This document shows positions 25,365 to 39,093 of a stretch of 64,000 nucleotides of DNA, one piece after another. The translations under genes and the position numbers were made by a program. Each line of letters opens with the position of its first letter. Position 1 is the first letter of the stretch. This stretch comes from Octopus bimaculoides (lineage: Eukaryota), in assembly GCF_001194135.2 (NCBI RefSeq), contig NC_068988.1:72977113-73041112 (forward strand), read 5' to 3'. A model generated the notes under the pieces. The model was not told the DNA's origin and did not search any database. It saw only the letters and a list, made by a program, of their open reading frames with translations.

Positions 25365-26500
25365 TGGTGTAGAGATATGATAAACTTTGAACAGTTAGTC
25401 TCAAGTGAACAGCCAAATCTATTTCATAAATGTTTAGTATTTTATTATCAAGCATTAAAGGCCAAGAGTGGGATCCTCTGGAAGCCTTTGATATATTCCT
25501 GATTGCATGTTTTTGTAAAGTATGAAGTTTTCTTACTTTTGACTCTTGACACGACCTCAAGCTATGTTACCATATATTAAATATGGATTAACAGAAGCAA
25601 AATATAACATTTGTGTTGCGTTGTAGTTCAAAAACTTGCACCCCTGGAGATTATTCCAATTTTTGTTGATAGTTTGAATTCTATTGCTTGAATGTGCAAT
25701 TTCCAATTCAAATCAATAAGGATTCCCAGAAACTTTGTCTATCTAAACCTTTAGATTCTTTTTGGGCTAAAGTGAAGCATTTGGGGCTGTAAAGGCAGAT
25801 ATTGTCTTTAGCTGGCAGACAATAGAGTGTACTTAGTTTTATCTATGTTCAGAGAAAGTTTATTAGCTGAATGCCAATTATTTATGAGTGATAACTGGTT
25901 GTTCATTTCTTTGAATAATGTGCAGTAATGTTTACCGGCTAAGAAAAAAATTCATATCATCAGCAAACGAGATTTAGAAATAAAACTGTGTGGTGTATAT
26001 CATTAGCATATATAAGAAAAAATTGGGGACCTAATACTGAGCCTTGAGGAATACCGCAAGATAGTGAGCTGTACCTGGATTCAGTGTATTCAATTTGCAC
26101 AAACTGGTATCTATTGCCTAAGTAACTTTTGAACCATGATAGTTCTTTCCCAGTAATTCCATAATTTTCAATTTTTTTATGACTATTCTATGATCAACAG
26201 TGTCAAAAGCTTTACTGGGGTTGATAAAAACTCCAATTGTAACATTTATTTGACATAGCTATTGTGATGTCGTTAATGGGTTCTATCAGCCTGTACATCG
26301 AAATTCTTTTGTAAACCAAATCGTTTAAAATAATAAAGATTATTTTTCTCAAAGAAATCGTAAAGACAAGAGTGCATGAGTCTCACTAGCAATTTGAAGA
26401 AAACAGATAATAGTGATGTTGGTCAGTAATTACCAACTTCTGTCTTTGCTCCTGATTTAAAAAGCAGCATGACTTTTGCCATTTTCATTTTATGTGGAAA
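25365..26500 (-). mobile_element. L2/CR1-group LINE RT remnant
   Basis: KAFDTVDH; SWFKSYLGNRYQFV; CGIPQGSVLGP; LHTLQKHAIRNISKA...H.WPLMLDNKILNIYEI. Confidence 0.8.
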
Positions 26501-27939
26501 TACTCCAGATGCTCAGTGGCATTTCTGCTGGCTTTAAGTTTTGAGTTCAAATTCCCCCAACTTTACCTTTCACCTTTTAGTGGGTTGTGAAAATACCATT
26601 CAAGCACTGGGGTCAACATAACTGACTTTCCCCTTCCCCACAAATTTTCAGACCCTGTACATATAGTAAAGTGGATTATTATTGTTGTTGTTACTATTCT
26701 GCTGCTCTTCACTCCCTCAAACTTTCTGCAAAGTCTATTATCTCCTCTCCTCTACCTATCCACTAACTCAAATATATCAGTGACCACCCCTCAACCATAT
26801 CTTATTTCTACAGTTGTCACCTACTCTTCCCTACCTTCACAACTTATCCCTCAACACTTGTTATCTGTTATATTGACCCTCTCACCCTTTCTCTATCTAT
26901 CATTCATGCAATCCCTACCCAACCACACTTCCTGTCCTCCTGTCTCCACTTACTTCTATATCTTGAGAGTCCACCCTGACACTTCACCACCACTATTTAT
27001 AAAATCTTTCTAGCTCCAACCTAGCCACACCAACCCTCTCTCTTGGTTTCTTGTGGTAGAGCTACAAGAAACCAGTTCTGTTCTGGCTCCTTTCACACTT
27101 TGAACCCTCATTCAATAGCATAAAGCCATCTCCCTCTTTATTGTAGTCCCACTCAAAGGGAATCTTAGTCTTACAGGCTACATAGCAACCTCACTAGTGT
27201 TGATGCTATGTAAAAAAGGACCCAGAAGCTGTAAAGTGGTTGGCATTAAGGGCCAGAACAGACATCAGAGCACAATGTAATCTTTAGAATCATCAGTTCC
27301 TCTCAAACTATCGAAACTGAGGCAGTATGGAGCATACATACATACATACATATATATACTGTTGCATTTCACTGCTTACTGTTCAATTTTTGTGCTAGCA
27401 AACTATCATGAAACATTGTCAATTTCAGCCAAGTCCAAACTATTTTCTTTTGTTAATATGTCTTAAAATTCAACTCTCTTGCATTTTCTCTCTCTTTCTC
27501 ACACTAAACAGCAAATGTCATGCAGTTTGCAAATGTATAAATTAATTATATTTATTATGACTTTATAATAATGGTTTAAGTGTTGTCTTACAAACCAAAG
27601 ATGAATCTAACATCGCAGAATATTTAATAAAGTTGATGGAAAGTATTATTATATTTAAATGGATATTAAATGATGATGATGAAAGATGATAACACTTTCT
27701 ATCAGCTTTATTAAATATTCTGCAATTCATAAGAAAATATTAAAATCATTATTATAAAGTTGTAATAGAAATAATAATCCTTTCTACTAAAGGTATGAGG
27801 CCTGAAATTCTGGGGAGGGGTTTAGTTGATAACTCCTACCCTCACTCTCATGCTTAACTGATACACCAGAAAAATGAAGATAATAATGATACTAATGGTT
27901 TCAAATATTGACAAGGCCAGCAGTTTTTGAGGGGAGGAG

Positions 27940-28110
27940 AAAGTCAATTACATCAACCCCAGTATCTGACTGGTATTTTTTTTATCGACTCCAAAACGAT
28001 GAAAGGCAAAGTTGACCTTAATGGAATTTGAACTCAGAATTTCAAGGTGAACAAACTGCTGCTAAGCATTTTGTCTGGAATGTTAACAATTTTGGCAACT
28101 CACCACCTTA
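27940..28110 (-). mobile_element. tRNA-derived SINE (further family), partial
   Basis: Reverse complement aaggtggtgagttgcc...tgagttcaaattcc...tcaactttgcctttcatcgttttggagtcgataaaa...accagt; a similar copy lies near 26510-26650 on the plus strand. Confidence 0.7.
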
Positions 28111-28764
28111 AAGAGAAAACTCACATCATTCATGACAATTAAATATCCTATCTGTTGTAAATCATACACCAAGGTAACATCACAATAATAATAATAATTT
28201 TATTTCATTAGAGCACTTTTTCCAGTCATTAGATAATTTCAAGTAGAGAATACAGCATATGTGTCTGCACTTTTTACCCACTTTCCCAACACCTGCCCAC
28301 CTCTTACCATCATCTTTAATAACGATATACAATTTGTTTCCCTAGCAACTCAAAACTTCTCCTTCCTCTACGTATGATGTATGGGTCTACTTCTTTCTGC
28401 CATCCCACACTTATATGCACATGTATGTGTGGAGTATAAATGTATGTATGTGCATGTATTATATTACATATAAAGATATGAAACATATTTGAGGGGGGAG
28501 TTACACAGACATTCTTGGTCATTGTTTGCTGTGCATCTTCTCTCCTTCCAACAAGCCAGAACCCCCTCCTCCAACTCCCTCATTTTCCCCATTCTTCTTC
28601 TCTTCCCTTCCTTTCTCCTTGCAGGCATTTGCAAGAGCCTTCTGCCAGCTCACAACTGTTCACAAAAATCTTCCTTTAAATTGCTGACAGTAGTTCCCCA
28701 ACTACCCTTCTACTCTTCCTGCCAACTCCACAACTTTAGAGCTGCTACAATCCATTTTGGCCAG

Positions 28765-29800
28765 TAGACATGTGCTGTGTGCAAGAGGTAAGATGGAGGA
28801 AGACCTCCAAAAGACTCCTCACAGACAAAGAACAAAGGCACAAATTCCACTAGGTAGACAGTAGTGATGGAGTGGACAGCCTAGGCATACTTTTGGCAGA
28901 GAAATGGGTAGGTAAATTAATTGAGGCAGTCAGAGTGTGATAGAATAATTGAACTGAGGCTAGTTTTGGATAAACAACAATTTCTGCCAAAGCTGACAGA
29001 CAAACAGGACAATTTCATGAGCTCATTTTGCAGATTACCTCAATGACAATGAACTTATTATCATGGCTGGTGACTTCAATGGAGATCCAGCAGCATTCCA
29101 AAGGATTCCAGGGTATACATAGAGGTTACAGCTTTGGTTCTAGAAATGAGGAAGGAACAAAGCTGATGGAGTTCTGTAATGCAAATGACTTGATGATCAG
29201 CAACACTAACTTCACAAAACCTGACAGCCACTGGATCACCAATCAATCTGTTTGGCACACAAGACAGACTGACTACATTCTCAATAGAAAACAGGATAGA
29301 CAGATCTTGTGAATGCAAAAACTTCCCCTGGCGAAGAATGTACAACCCAACATTAGTTGGTAACTTCAGACTAACAGCTACAAGGACCCAGAGACATAGA
29401 CCAATCTGGAAAAAGTAGATATGAAAGCCTAGAGATCCAGCAAACAATCAAAAATTTAGAGAGACTTTAGTTAAAGTTTTGACAAGAAAGAAAAGAAGAC
29501 AGAGATGTATAACAAACTTCTTAGAGAACAATCTACTGAGAGACACAGCCAGATCAAAGGTGGAACAGTGAGGTTGAAAGAGGTATAAAATGAAAAGACA
29601 AACTTGGAAGGACTGGAAAAAAAGAGGCTGTAGGAAATTGTACCAGGTTAAGAAGAAGCTAGTTGTCAGGTCTACATAGCAAAGAAGGAAGTAGGAAAGG
29701 GCTATGCCAACAATGTGAGGATCAAAGGCATGAGGAATTCCAGATTGTAAGACAGTGCATCAGAGAAGATTAAGAGGCTGTATGTGAGAAAAGTTCAAAA
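28765..29800 (+). mobile_element. RTE LINE, APE endonuclease region, degenerate
   Basis: VDMCCVQEVRWR; GDFNG; GYSFGSRNEEGTKLMEFCNANDLMISNTNF.K...IT......QTDYIL. Confidence 0.88.
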
Positions 29801-29834
29801 AAGCATGTCAGGATTTTTGAGTGCAAAAGGACAT

Positions 29835-30258
29835 TTCAGACTGCTACCTTGCACTGTGGAATAAAGTCAAGATGTACATCACTGCCTTCCCAACATCATA
29901 TTTTGTAGATTAAGGCTTCAATGCAGCTGCCCAGATTCTTTCTCAGCAAACGAAACAGGCTGAAAATTATTGAAAGCTAGGATCTAAAACTACTTCTTAG
30001 TACATTTCAGCCAGATGCACAATGTACATCCATTGCATTGAAAATATGAAAACAACGTAGTTACAAGTGAAATGTTAATTTACTCTTTCATATTTTAAAA
30101 ACAAATAATGGGCTTAATAAGGTTAAGTTTTATTTGTGAAATACAGTTGTCTTGAAATTGCAGCAGAAAGAAGTCTATGTTGGCGGCGGGACACACACTC
30201 TAGAAATGTGACTTGTGTACCAAGGAGTCAATACTTCAAAAAGTTTAGGGACCACTGA
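29835..30258 (+). mobile_element. hAT (Charlie/Buster-like) transposon 3' end
   Basis: LWNKVKMYITAFPTSYFVD*GFNA...KRNRLKIIES*DLKLLL matches the hAT C-terminal dimerisation region; terminal aaaagtttagggaccactg. Confidence 0.75.
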
Positions 30259-30576
30259 TTTATATAATTATGAAATTTGCATACATAAAAGTGTGTGTTA
30301 TTAACATCATCAGGAGAAAAGAATGAAAAACAATTTTTTTTTAAATTCTTTTCTCCTGATGATATAGGTAACACCTTACTTTTAATTAACTAATTATGTA
30401 TGTTAATAATGTAATTATATAAATGATGTTTTCTACTGAAACAGCTACTGAACATAAACTATGAATTGTTTGTAAAAGCTATGCTTTTCTGCTTTTCATT
30501 GTAAATATGCTGCTCTCAAATATTGTGTTAGGCGATCCTGTGTGTGTGTGTGTGTGTGTGTGTGTGNNNNNNNNNN

Positions 30577-30610
<34 letters not shown>

Positions 30611-31859
30611 TGTCAAACAAGCAGAGATGTAAGAGTTGTTAGGTGTCTTAAGTCTTGTAAAGTGGTTAATGTTAATAAAGGGCACCCATGCAAAAAAATG
30701 AAACACAAACAAGATGAAGTCCTTCAACCCATTTACATGAACAATGCCTCTATTTTTTTCAGTACAACCCATCCAACTCATGTCATCACATAAAGTGAAT
30801 ATAAATCAATGGTGGATGTGTGTGTGTGTACACCAGTGCAACAGCTCATTCCACCAGTAGTACCTTAACAATGACAGTACCTTTAAAGCACATTAGGAAA
30901 TCAAAAGACAAAGAAAAGACTAGCAATATTACATGTTATTCACTATCCTACATCAATCCAAAAGACATAAACTAATTTTGATCTGCCAACACCTTAGATT
31001 ATCCCCTTCGCTAATGCATAATAAATAATAGTTGATGTCGATGGCTTAATGATCACTTGAAAACGAAGCAAATACTGTTTTGATATTTTTGTACCACAAA
31101 AAATAGAAAAAGTACATAATATATTTATGTACAAAAATTAGGTGCAATAAGTCTACTAATACCAAAATCCAAAAAGAAGCATTCTGCAAATCTATTCATC
31201 TGTAACAAATGCTCATGTTCCTCTTTCTACCAATCTGCAAAATCTTCTCTGTATACTCTCAAAATAAATATTATATGACTTTCAGATGGAAAAATAAATA
31301 ACACATTACCCTAACCAAAAATGACATCTGAGAAGATTATCTACTCACAATTTAAAAATCCCAACTTCAAACATCCTTGAAGGAAAATGCAGAACTACTT
31401 CTTAGGATGCTAGGCATATCAATAAACAAAACTTCAAATTTATGGTCTCCCTAACAGATTCATGAGAACAGATAAATAATCACTTCAAATAAATCTACTG
31501 CATAACAATACTAGAAAACAATTCATAATGACATTGTATACATCAATGCCATAATACAAATAGGACATAATTTATAAACATGTCAGACAAATCCCATGAC
31601 AATACACTAGCACACATCAGACCCAAGTAAGAAAAATATAACACTAGTTTACAAAGAGTTAGCTACTCTTACTTAAACTTCTAAAATTTCTAACACAAAT
31701 AACACCAAATTACAAATCATCCTAAGAAATACTCTCTCTAGCTTCCTAATTTTGTCCCTATCTAATCTTGATAGCACACACATCACCAAAATCACTGCTC
31801 ATCCCACAAAATATGAGTCTCCAAACTAAATAATAAAAATAAACTACATTAATTCTTAC

Positions 31860-31914
31860 CTCCAGTATCAGTTCTCTTGAGAGCACCTTCTTTTTGAGGA
31901 CAAAGTTCACATCT
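31860..31914 (-). CDS. MLLT10: AF10/AF17-family protein, coding exon 3 (Zn knuckle)
   Basis: ttccag|AGA TGT GAA...ACT GGA G|gtaaga; RCELCPQKEGALKRTDTG; 55 nt. Confidence 0.97.
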
Positions 31915-32149
31915 CTGGAATAATGTCAAAAAAAGAAAAGACAAGATAACAGAGTAAAAACTATATAAAGATATATTCAACAAATTGTGGGTAACTGACA
32001 AAGCAATGTAAGCAATGCAAATATATATGCCACCAACAGAAGCATTTAAAAAAAAATTATATTCATCAAGCAAAGCTGATTAATAGTTAGTTGCACATTT
32101 TTGTAGTATCTATTAAAAGGCTATTTTCAATAGCAAAATAAAATAAGAG

Positions 32150-33360
32150 AAAAACAGGAGAATGCTAATATCCATTCTATCAAGCACAGATAATTTTGAG
32201 AGAGTATGTTGTTCACACCAGTCAACATGAATGTTTCATTCTGCAACTCCTCTCTATAAAGTGCAAGGTTGAGATTCATTTCAAGATCTTCAAGTAGTAG
32301 ATGGAGAAGTTTGCACCAGAAACTACTTAGACTGCTGAAAAATTATGCCTACTGAGATGTAACATAACTAAAAGCTTATGCATATAAGCAGTCAAGTGTC
32401 TTAGGGTTCTTTTCACCAAGCTGTTTAAAGTGTTGTGAACCATCCACATTAGGCTAAGTGCTTCACCTTAGGCTCAAATATCATGATCTTGCCAAAGATT
32501 TCAAGTATCAAGGCCAATAGATGTACCCCACTGTAGAAACAGGGTATACAGATAAAATGTATAATGCAGCCCTCATCATTAAGTTCAAGGATATAAATCA
32601 CCAAGAACATCAAAAACCCAGTTTCTCTTAATGTAACTAAACTGAAGTTAATAAACTATTAACAGAAAGAGGCATCATACAGTGTTGACATATTAACAGT
32701 ATACACCAGAAGCAATTTAGCAATTTCTGACAGGATTTGACAAGAAACTGGAATTTTCTTTCTTGATGTTTACAGTGAAACTAGAAAGACATTTCAGATC
32801 AATCTACTTTTTGCCTAAATGGGTCAATGTAAAGGCATATCTATAACAGTTGCTTCTTCAGGTTTTACTGTTACTGTCCTTCTTAAGGTTTGTACAGCAC
32901 ATTCCGCTTTGAAACTCCTCCTGAATTTAAGTATAAGTAATGTACTTGATTACAAAATTGCCAAAAATCCAAGGACTAGACAACTCAACAAATGTCAAGT
33001 GATTGTCTGAAAGGAACGTTTAATGGTTCATAAGAAAATTCTGGAGGCCCTGGGCAGAACATTGCAGAACTTGTGTGACAACAGATCTCAAATGGGAGAA
33101 GCAGTTGCATTGTCAGTTATCCCAGAAGTAAAAATTCCAATGGAATTCATGCTTGCCTTAAATTGTCACTTTGGAGGTTTGAGGTTCAGTCCCACTGTAT
33201 GGAACTTTCAGCAACTGTCTTCTACTATAGCTGCAGGCCAACCAATGCTCCATACCAAGAAAGCAGATAAGACTCTCTTTTCGTCAGTAATTCCATTTGC
33301 TGCATCCAGTGTAAGCTATGGACACATAAGAGGTACGGTGGAATCACAAGTTAATTAACA
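32150..33360 (+). mobile_element. Helitron Rep/helicase remnant
   Basis: ECF.L.LL..V.G..SFQDL.VVDGEVC; FFLD....KTF.INLL; TVASSG....LL...TAHSALKL.LNL; M.HK..LEALGRTLQNL (PIF1-like helicase motifs). Confidence 0.88.
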
Positions 33361-33361
33361 G

Positions 33362-35125
33362 ATAAAGTTGCCTTTGTATGTCGCAGATGTGCAGGAACAA
33401 TAGGCACTAAGAGCAGATAGGACTTAGATTCTCCCAAATGCCCAGGAGGCTCTCTTGAGGTAGTAGATAGTTACTGTTACATAGGTAAGCAAATTAGCAA
33501 TGGTGGAGGATGTTCTGAAAGTATTGTTTCTAGAATAAGAATAGGGTGGAGGAAGTTCAGAGAGCTATTACCTCTGTTGGCAACAAAAGGACTCTCACTC
33601 TCTCTCAGAGTGAAAGGTAGATTGTATGATGCTTGTGTACGAACAGCTATACTCCATGGTATTGAGACATGGGCTTTGAATGCAGAAGACATGCATAGAC
33701 TAAAGAGGAATGAAAGCAGTATGCTCTGTTAGATGTGCAACATCAGTGTGCATGAACAACAAAGCACAAATGTGTTGTGACAGAAGTTGGGCGTAAGAGG
33801 AATCAAATGCTGCCTGCAAGAGAGAGAAGACTATGTTGGTTTGGATATGTGATGCATATGAACGAAGACAGCTGTATAAAGAAGTGCCGGTCACAGAAAG
33901 TGAACAGTATCTGTGGTAGAGGGAGACCCAGGAAGACATGTGATGAAGTGACAAGGACCGATCTCAAGATGTTGGGGCTTAAGGAGGAAATGACAATGGA
34001 CCAAGATGTCTGGCGATATGAGATTCTAGAGAAGACTCACCCACGTCAGCAGAACTGAGTTTTAGACGCACTGTGTGTTCCACTCACAAGTAACAACAAA
34101 TCTTTCACACACCCTATCCAAACAAACCAAACTACATCGCTTCTCCCAAAATGCATCTCTTCTCTTCCTTACATTTACTCTTTCATGCACTATGATTATG
34201 TCCCACTCCCCAATCCTGTCCTCACTGCCCTTCTCACTGTATTGTGCTACCTCCATCCCCTCTATATACCCAGGTTCTCACCAGTCACTGCATTCCCCAC
34301 TCCCTGCTCATGCTTTTTGGTAATACCCTGCCACTTATATTATGACCTCTGTACCTTGAAAGTATGCCTTGGCACTTGCTACCATCTACCTCTCCCATCC
34401 TTTACTCTATCATCCCATCTATATTCTGATCCTTGTTCCTTGTGGGTATGTCCAGGCATTTTGCAACCATCTCCCACCTGCACTCTTGCTGTCTTCCTCT
34501 CTCTCTCTCGCTTCTCCCTCTGGTTGAGTAACCATGTATCTCCTTTACAGCAGCACACCTATTTCTGTCTTCATTCTTGATCATTCTCTTTTTCTCTCTC
34601 TCTGGCCAGGTAACCATGTACCATCTCTACAGCAAGACACCAGTTTCTGTCTCTCTGTCACACTCTAACCTTTCATCACTTGACACAAGATCACCTCCTC
34701 CACTGCCCTCTCCTCAAAGGTTCTTGTACCTCCTCTACAGCAAGACACCTGTTTCAGTCTGTCACAAGACCACCTCCTCCAATGCCCCCTCCCCTCTTAA
34801 AGGTTCTCTGTCTTGCAAGTTACTTGGTGACCCTGCCAGTGCTGGTGCCATGTAAAAAGCAGCCAGTCCACACTGTAAATGGTTGGCATTTGGAAAGACA
34901 TCCAGCTGTAAAATCCCTGCCAAAACTGACCTTTCCTGTGCTGGTGCCACATAAAAAGCACTCAGTCCACTCTCTGAGATGGTTGGTGTTAGGAAGGGCA
35001 CCCAGCCATAGAAACTATGCCAAAACAGAGGAAAAAATTTGTTGCAGTCTTCTGCCTGGTCAGTTCCTGTCAAACCATCCAACCCACGCCAGCATGGAAG
35101 ACGGATGTGAAACAATGATGATAAT
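33362..35125 (+). mobile_element. RTE LINE, 5'-truncated (RT C-terminus plus long 3' UTR)
   Basis: GGGCSESIVSRIRIGWRKFRELLPLL...KGRLYDACVRTAILHG.ETW; RRLCWFGYVMHM; CT-rich UTR; family tail. Confidence 0.9.
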
Positions 35126-36775
35126 AACAAAACTGAAAAAATCCCATTGTGTATATATTTTTACATTAGGTGGAGGGTGTTTGCATCCCCATGATTGGAT
35201 GATTGCAAATAAAGTCACCATTCATACAAAAAGTTTGCCATTTGTCAACAATCATCAATGTAAACATATCTGGTCATTGAGCTGTTCATTATTTCAAGGA
35301 CCAAAGGAAATATTACCTTACTTGCAAATAAGTGAGAGTTGGCAACTGGAAGAGTATTTTGTCTGACCCATGCAAACATGGAAAAGTAGACATTAAAATT
35401 ATCTAAGAAATGAGTTTCAAATCACATTACCCAATACGATTTTATTACCACAAAATTCTCTTATTTTGGCATTTTTCTTCATTTTGTCAACATAATCATA
35501 ATCTACATTCATGGAAATGTATTTCTGCAAAATTTCTTAACAGAATAAACATTTTAAAGAGAATAACAAAGAAATAAATTTCTAGGAAGACAACAATCTG
35601 AAACTCTTAAACAAAAAAATCTATACTGACATAATTGTACACAACACTCTTGAAAATGTACCTCTGCAAAATTTCATTACAAAATATGCATTTTACAGAA
35701 AGTTATGAAGCAAGAAAATCAAGAGAGGTGGAGCAGCAAACTGCAGCTGCACATCATTATCATCATCTCAATACATCTGTCTTCCATGCCAGCATGGTTT
35801 GGACAGTTTGATAAAAACCAACAGGAAGGAGGACTGTTGTGCGCCAATGTCTGCTTTGGCATTGCTTCTATAGTCGGATACCCCTCCTAATGCCAACCAC
35901 TTTACAGAATGCACTGAGTATGTTTTCTAATCACACCAGCATTAGTGAGGTCATGTAGCTTCCAAGACAAGAGAAAGATGAAACAAAAGATGACAACATG
36001 TAGGTGCAAGTGTGAGGAGAGAGAGAGAGTGATATCCTAATATGGACAAGTCAGCAAGAAGTGCATAATTCCGCTGTATTAGTAAATGCCTTTCAAAAGA
36101 CCGTGTTTATATTGTTTATAAAGCCAAAGTATACAACAGCAGAAACACCACCATAATACACTTAAGGTCTGCTTCACACAACACCTACATACATTCAAAA
36201 TAAATGCATGAAGAACTCAACAGCATTGTCAAAGATAATGGTATCAAGAACCCAAAAGATAATGGTATCAAGAACCAAGTGGATTATTGCAGCACAAGCA
36301 GGAGCCTACAACAGACAAGGTACAAGATGCAACCTGAATGTGGTTAAAAAATTAAACATCCTTGATACAACCAACACTCTGAACTCAAGAAAAAAAAACA
36401 CCATCCCCATCTCTGCATGCAAGAAAGTTTAGCCTGCCATTATTCAAGCACACTCTTTTATGAGATTAATTTCACCCACAAACAGATTCCTAATAAAAGG
36501 TCCCACATGAATTCTTTCATCCCATCATGTTTCACAACCATTATTATCATTATTTACATTACCACCATCATCATCATCATTATTGTTGTTGTAACCATTA
36601 CCATTGGCACTACAAACTAGATTCTATATCCTGCAAAGAAGGCTTATATTGGGATCACTTTTTACTATTCTGAACCTTGCTCAAAAACCAAATGACAATA
36701 TTCATATGTATAGTACAACTATGATCATCATCACTATTTCTAACATTTATTACCTTACATGTATGTATCCATGAG

Positions 36776-37160
36776 TGGAGGTGCAATGGCCCAGTGGTTA
36801 GGGCAGCGGACTCGCGGTCATAGGATCGTGGTTTCGATTCCCAGACCAGGTGTTGTGAGTGTTTATTGAGCGAAAACACCTAAAAAGCTCCACGAGGCTC
36901 CAACAGGGGATGGTGATGAACCCTGCTGTACTCTTTCAACACAACTTTCTCTCACTCTTACTTCCTGTTTCTGTTGTGCCTGTATTTCAAAGGGTCAGTC
37001 TTGTCACACTCTGTGTCATGCTGGATCTCCCTGAGAACTACGTTAAAGGTACACGTGTCTGTGGAGTGCTCAGCCACTTGCACGCTAATTTCACGAGCAG
37101 GCTGTTCCGTTGATCGGATCAACTGGAACCCTCGACGTCGTAAGCGACAGAGTGCCAACA
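36776..37160 (+). mobile_element. tRNA-derived SINE (family B), full length
   Basis: Pol III A box tggcccagtggtt and B-box-like ggtttcgattccc in a tRNA-like head, then about 300 bp of body; a partial inverted copy lies at 58085-58375. Confidence 0.88.
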
Positions 37161-37249
37161 ATAACATGTATGCATGTACATGTTTCTTATTTTATTGCAT
37201 TTTATTATTTATTTATATTTAATATTCACTGATCCTCAATACCATCATT

Positions 37250-37540
37250 ATGTGAGACATAGGCCTTGAATACAGAGGATTTGGGAAGAATGAAGAGAAA
37301 TGAAGCAAGCATGCTTCATTGGATGTATTATGTAACTGTGCATGAAAGATGTAGTACAAATGTGCTGAGAGAAAAACTGAACATAAGAAAAATCAGATGT
37401 AGTGTGCAAGACAAAAAGACTGCACTGGTATGGACATGTAAGTTTCAGGACCTTGAATCTCAAGGAAGAGATGACAAGGAACTGGGATGACTGGCAATAT
37501 GCAGTTCTTGAGAAGACCCATCCATCTTGACAAAACAGTT
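37250..37540 (+). mobile_element. Degenerate RTE LINE fragment
   Basis: EDLGRMKRNEASMLHWMYYVTVHERCSTNVLREKL. Confidence 0.8.
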
Positions 37541-38159
37541 CTGGTAAAACTGTGTAAGTGTGTATATTATATATATACTCAAATGGGGCCTGTGCCCAAC
37601 TACCTCCCTAACTGCAATTTTTTCTTGACACCATTTTCTCACTACCTTGAACCATTTCACTTGTTATTCATATCCTTCACTCATTAATACTGTTTTCTCT
37701 AGTCACACTTTCATTGATCACCCACCCTAACAAGTGCCACCAAATAACCTCACCTCCCCCAACACATCTCACCCTCCTCATACACTATACTTGTTTCTCT
37801 CTTCCCCATCCATTCCTGCAACTTAGTTAACAGCAAGCAGACACTGGAGCACAAGGTAGTACTTGGGTTCATTAGATCTTGTCAACCACCCAGCCCATGA
37901 CAGCACAGAACATGAACGTTAAATGATGATACTATTTTTAATTAATGATTTATTATAATTTTCAATACATTTGTCTTATTATTTATTCATATATTTATCT
38001 TTGTTTACTATTACCTCTATCATCACCAAGGATATCAAGTTTATCTTATTCTATTAACAGTATTGCCATCATTATTATTATCATCAGTACTAATACTACT
38101 ACCAGGACTTTAGTCACTTCCCTTCAAGCTGAAGTGGAGGCAAGATACAGCAACATTCA

Positions 38160-38450
38160 GATTAAGTGAGCAGCTTTAAGAATAGCATAGGTTAAGTTTA
38201 GGTTAGTCCACATTACTTTGTAAGGAGCATAGGGCTGGTTTCCTGGTTTTTCTGACATATATATTCCTCCCTGGATGGGATGCCAATCCGTCACAGGGTT
38301 ACTCATTTTTACCAGCTGAGTGGAATGGAGCAACATGAAATGAAGTGCTTTTCTCAAGAACGCAATGCATTGCCCAATCCAGGAATCGAAACCACAATCT
38401 TACGATCATGAGTCCAACATCCTAACCATGCACCTCTACTAAGAGTAGGT
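38160..38450 (-). mobile_element. tRNA-derived SINE with a conserved central core
   Basis: Reverse complement ggttaggatgttggactcatgatcgtaagattgtggtttcgattcc...ccactcagctgg.aaaaatgagt.accctg.gacgga.tggcatcccatccaggg; the core resembles Meta-type SINE domains as I remember them. Confidence 0.75.
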
Positions 38451-39005
38451 ATCACTATGAATTTTTGAAAATATTAAAAAGTAATTTCTACTGTATTTCA
38501 TGAAGAGCATCAAAAAAGAAACATTTTGATACCTCATTTGTGAAATTTGGATATTTAGGAAATATGACAATTTGAATGGTCAGCAAATTGGTCAAAATCT
38601 TGTCTAGCTGGCCTAAATTAGCCTCATTTGTGATGCCACATCTTCAAAACTGAGATGATATCTTCAAATTACACATATTAATAATGTCCAGCAGTTGCCC
38701 CCCCCCTCCCTCCACCCTTTTTTTTTTTCCAGGTTTTTGGAAAGGAAACTTGTTTTTGACAAATATGTAAATATTTATGTAAAGCCTATTTTGTTACATG
38801 TAACAGTCAATTTTGTGGTGTTTTCAGACTAGCTAAATCCAAAGCCACAGAGACCTAAGATTTTGGGACATGACACCATTTCAATAAAATTTTAATAGAC
38901 TATTAAAAATGGCTATAAATGGTGTTTCAAATCAGGACACCCACATAAGATGGATTTTCTGTTTTGACAGGGATTTTTCTAAATTCTTTTTCCTATCATG
39001 GCCTT

Positions 39006-39093
39006 GGAAATGATGGGGAGATGGAGATGGGGAAATGATGGGGAGATGGGGAAATGATGGGGAGATGGAGATGGGGAAATGATGGGGAGATGG
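39006..39093 (+). repeat. G-rich minisatellite (ggaaatgatggggagatg units)
   Basis: Four imperfect units containing seven GGGG runs. Confidence 0.9.

Noticed and set aside
36776-36850. tRNA-like sequence
   Set aside because: It is a SINE head: no complete acceptor stem, and it runs into a repeated SINE body.
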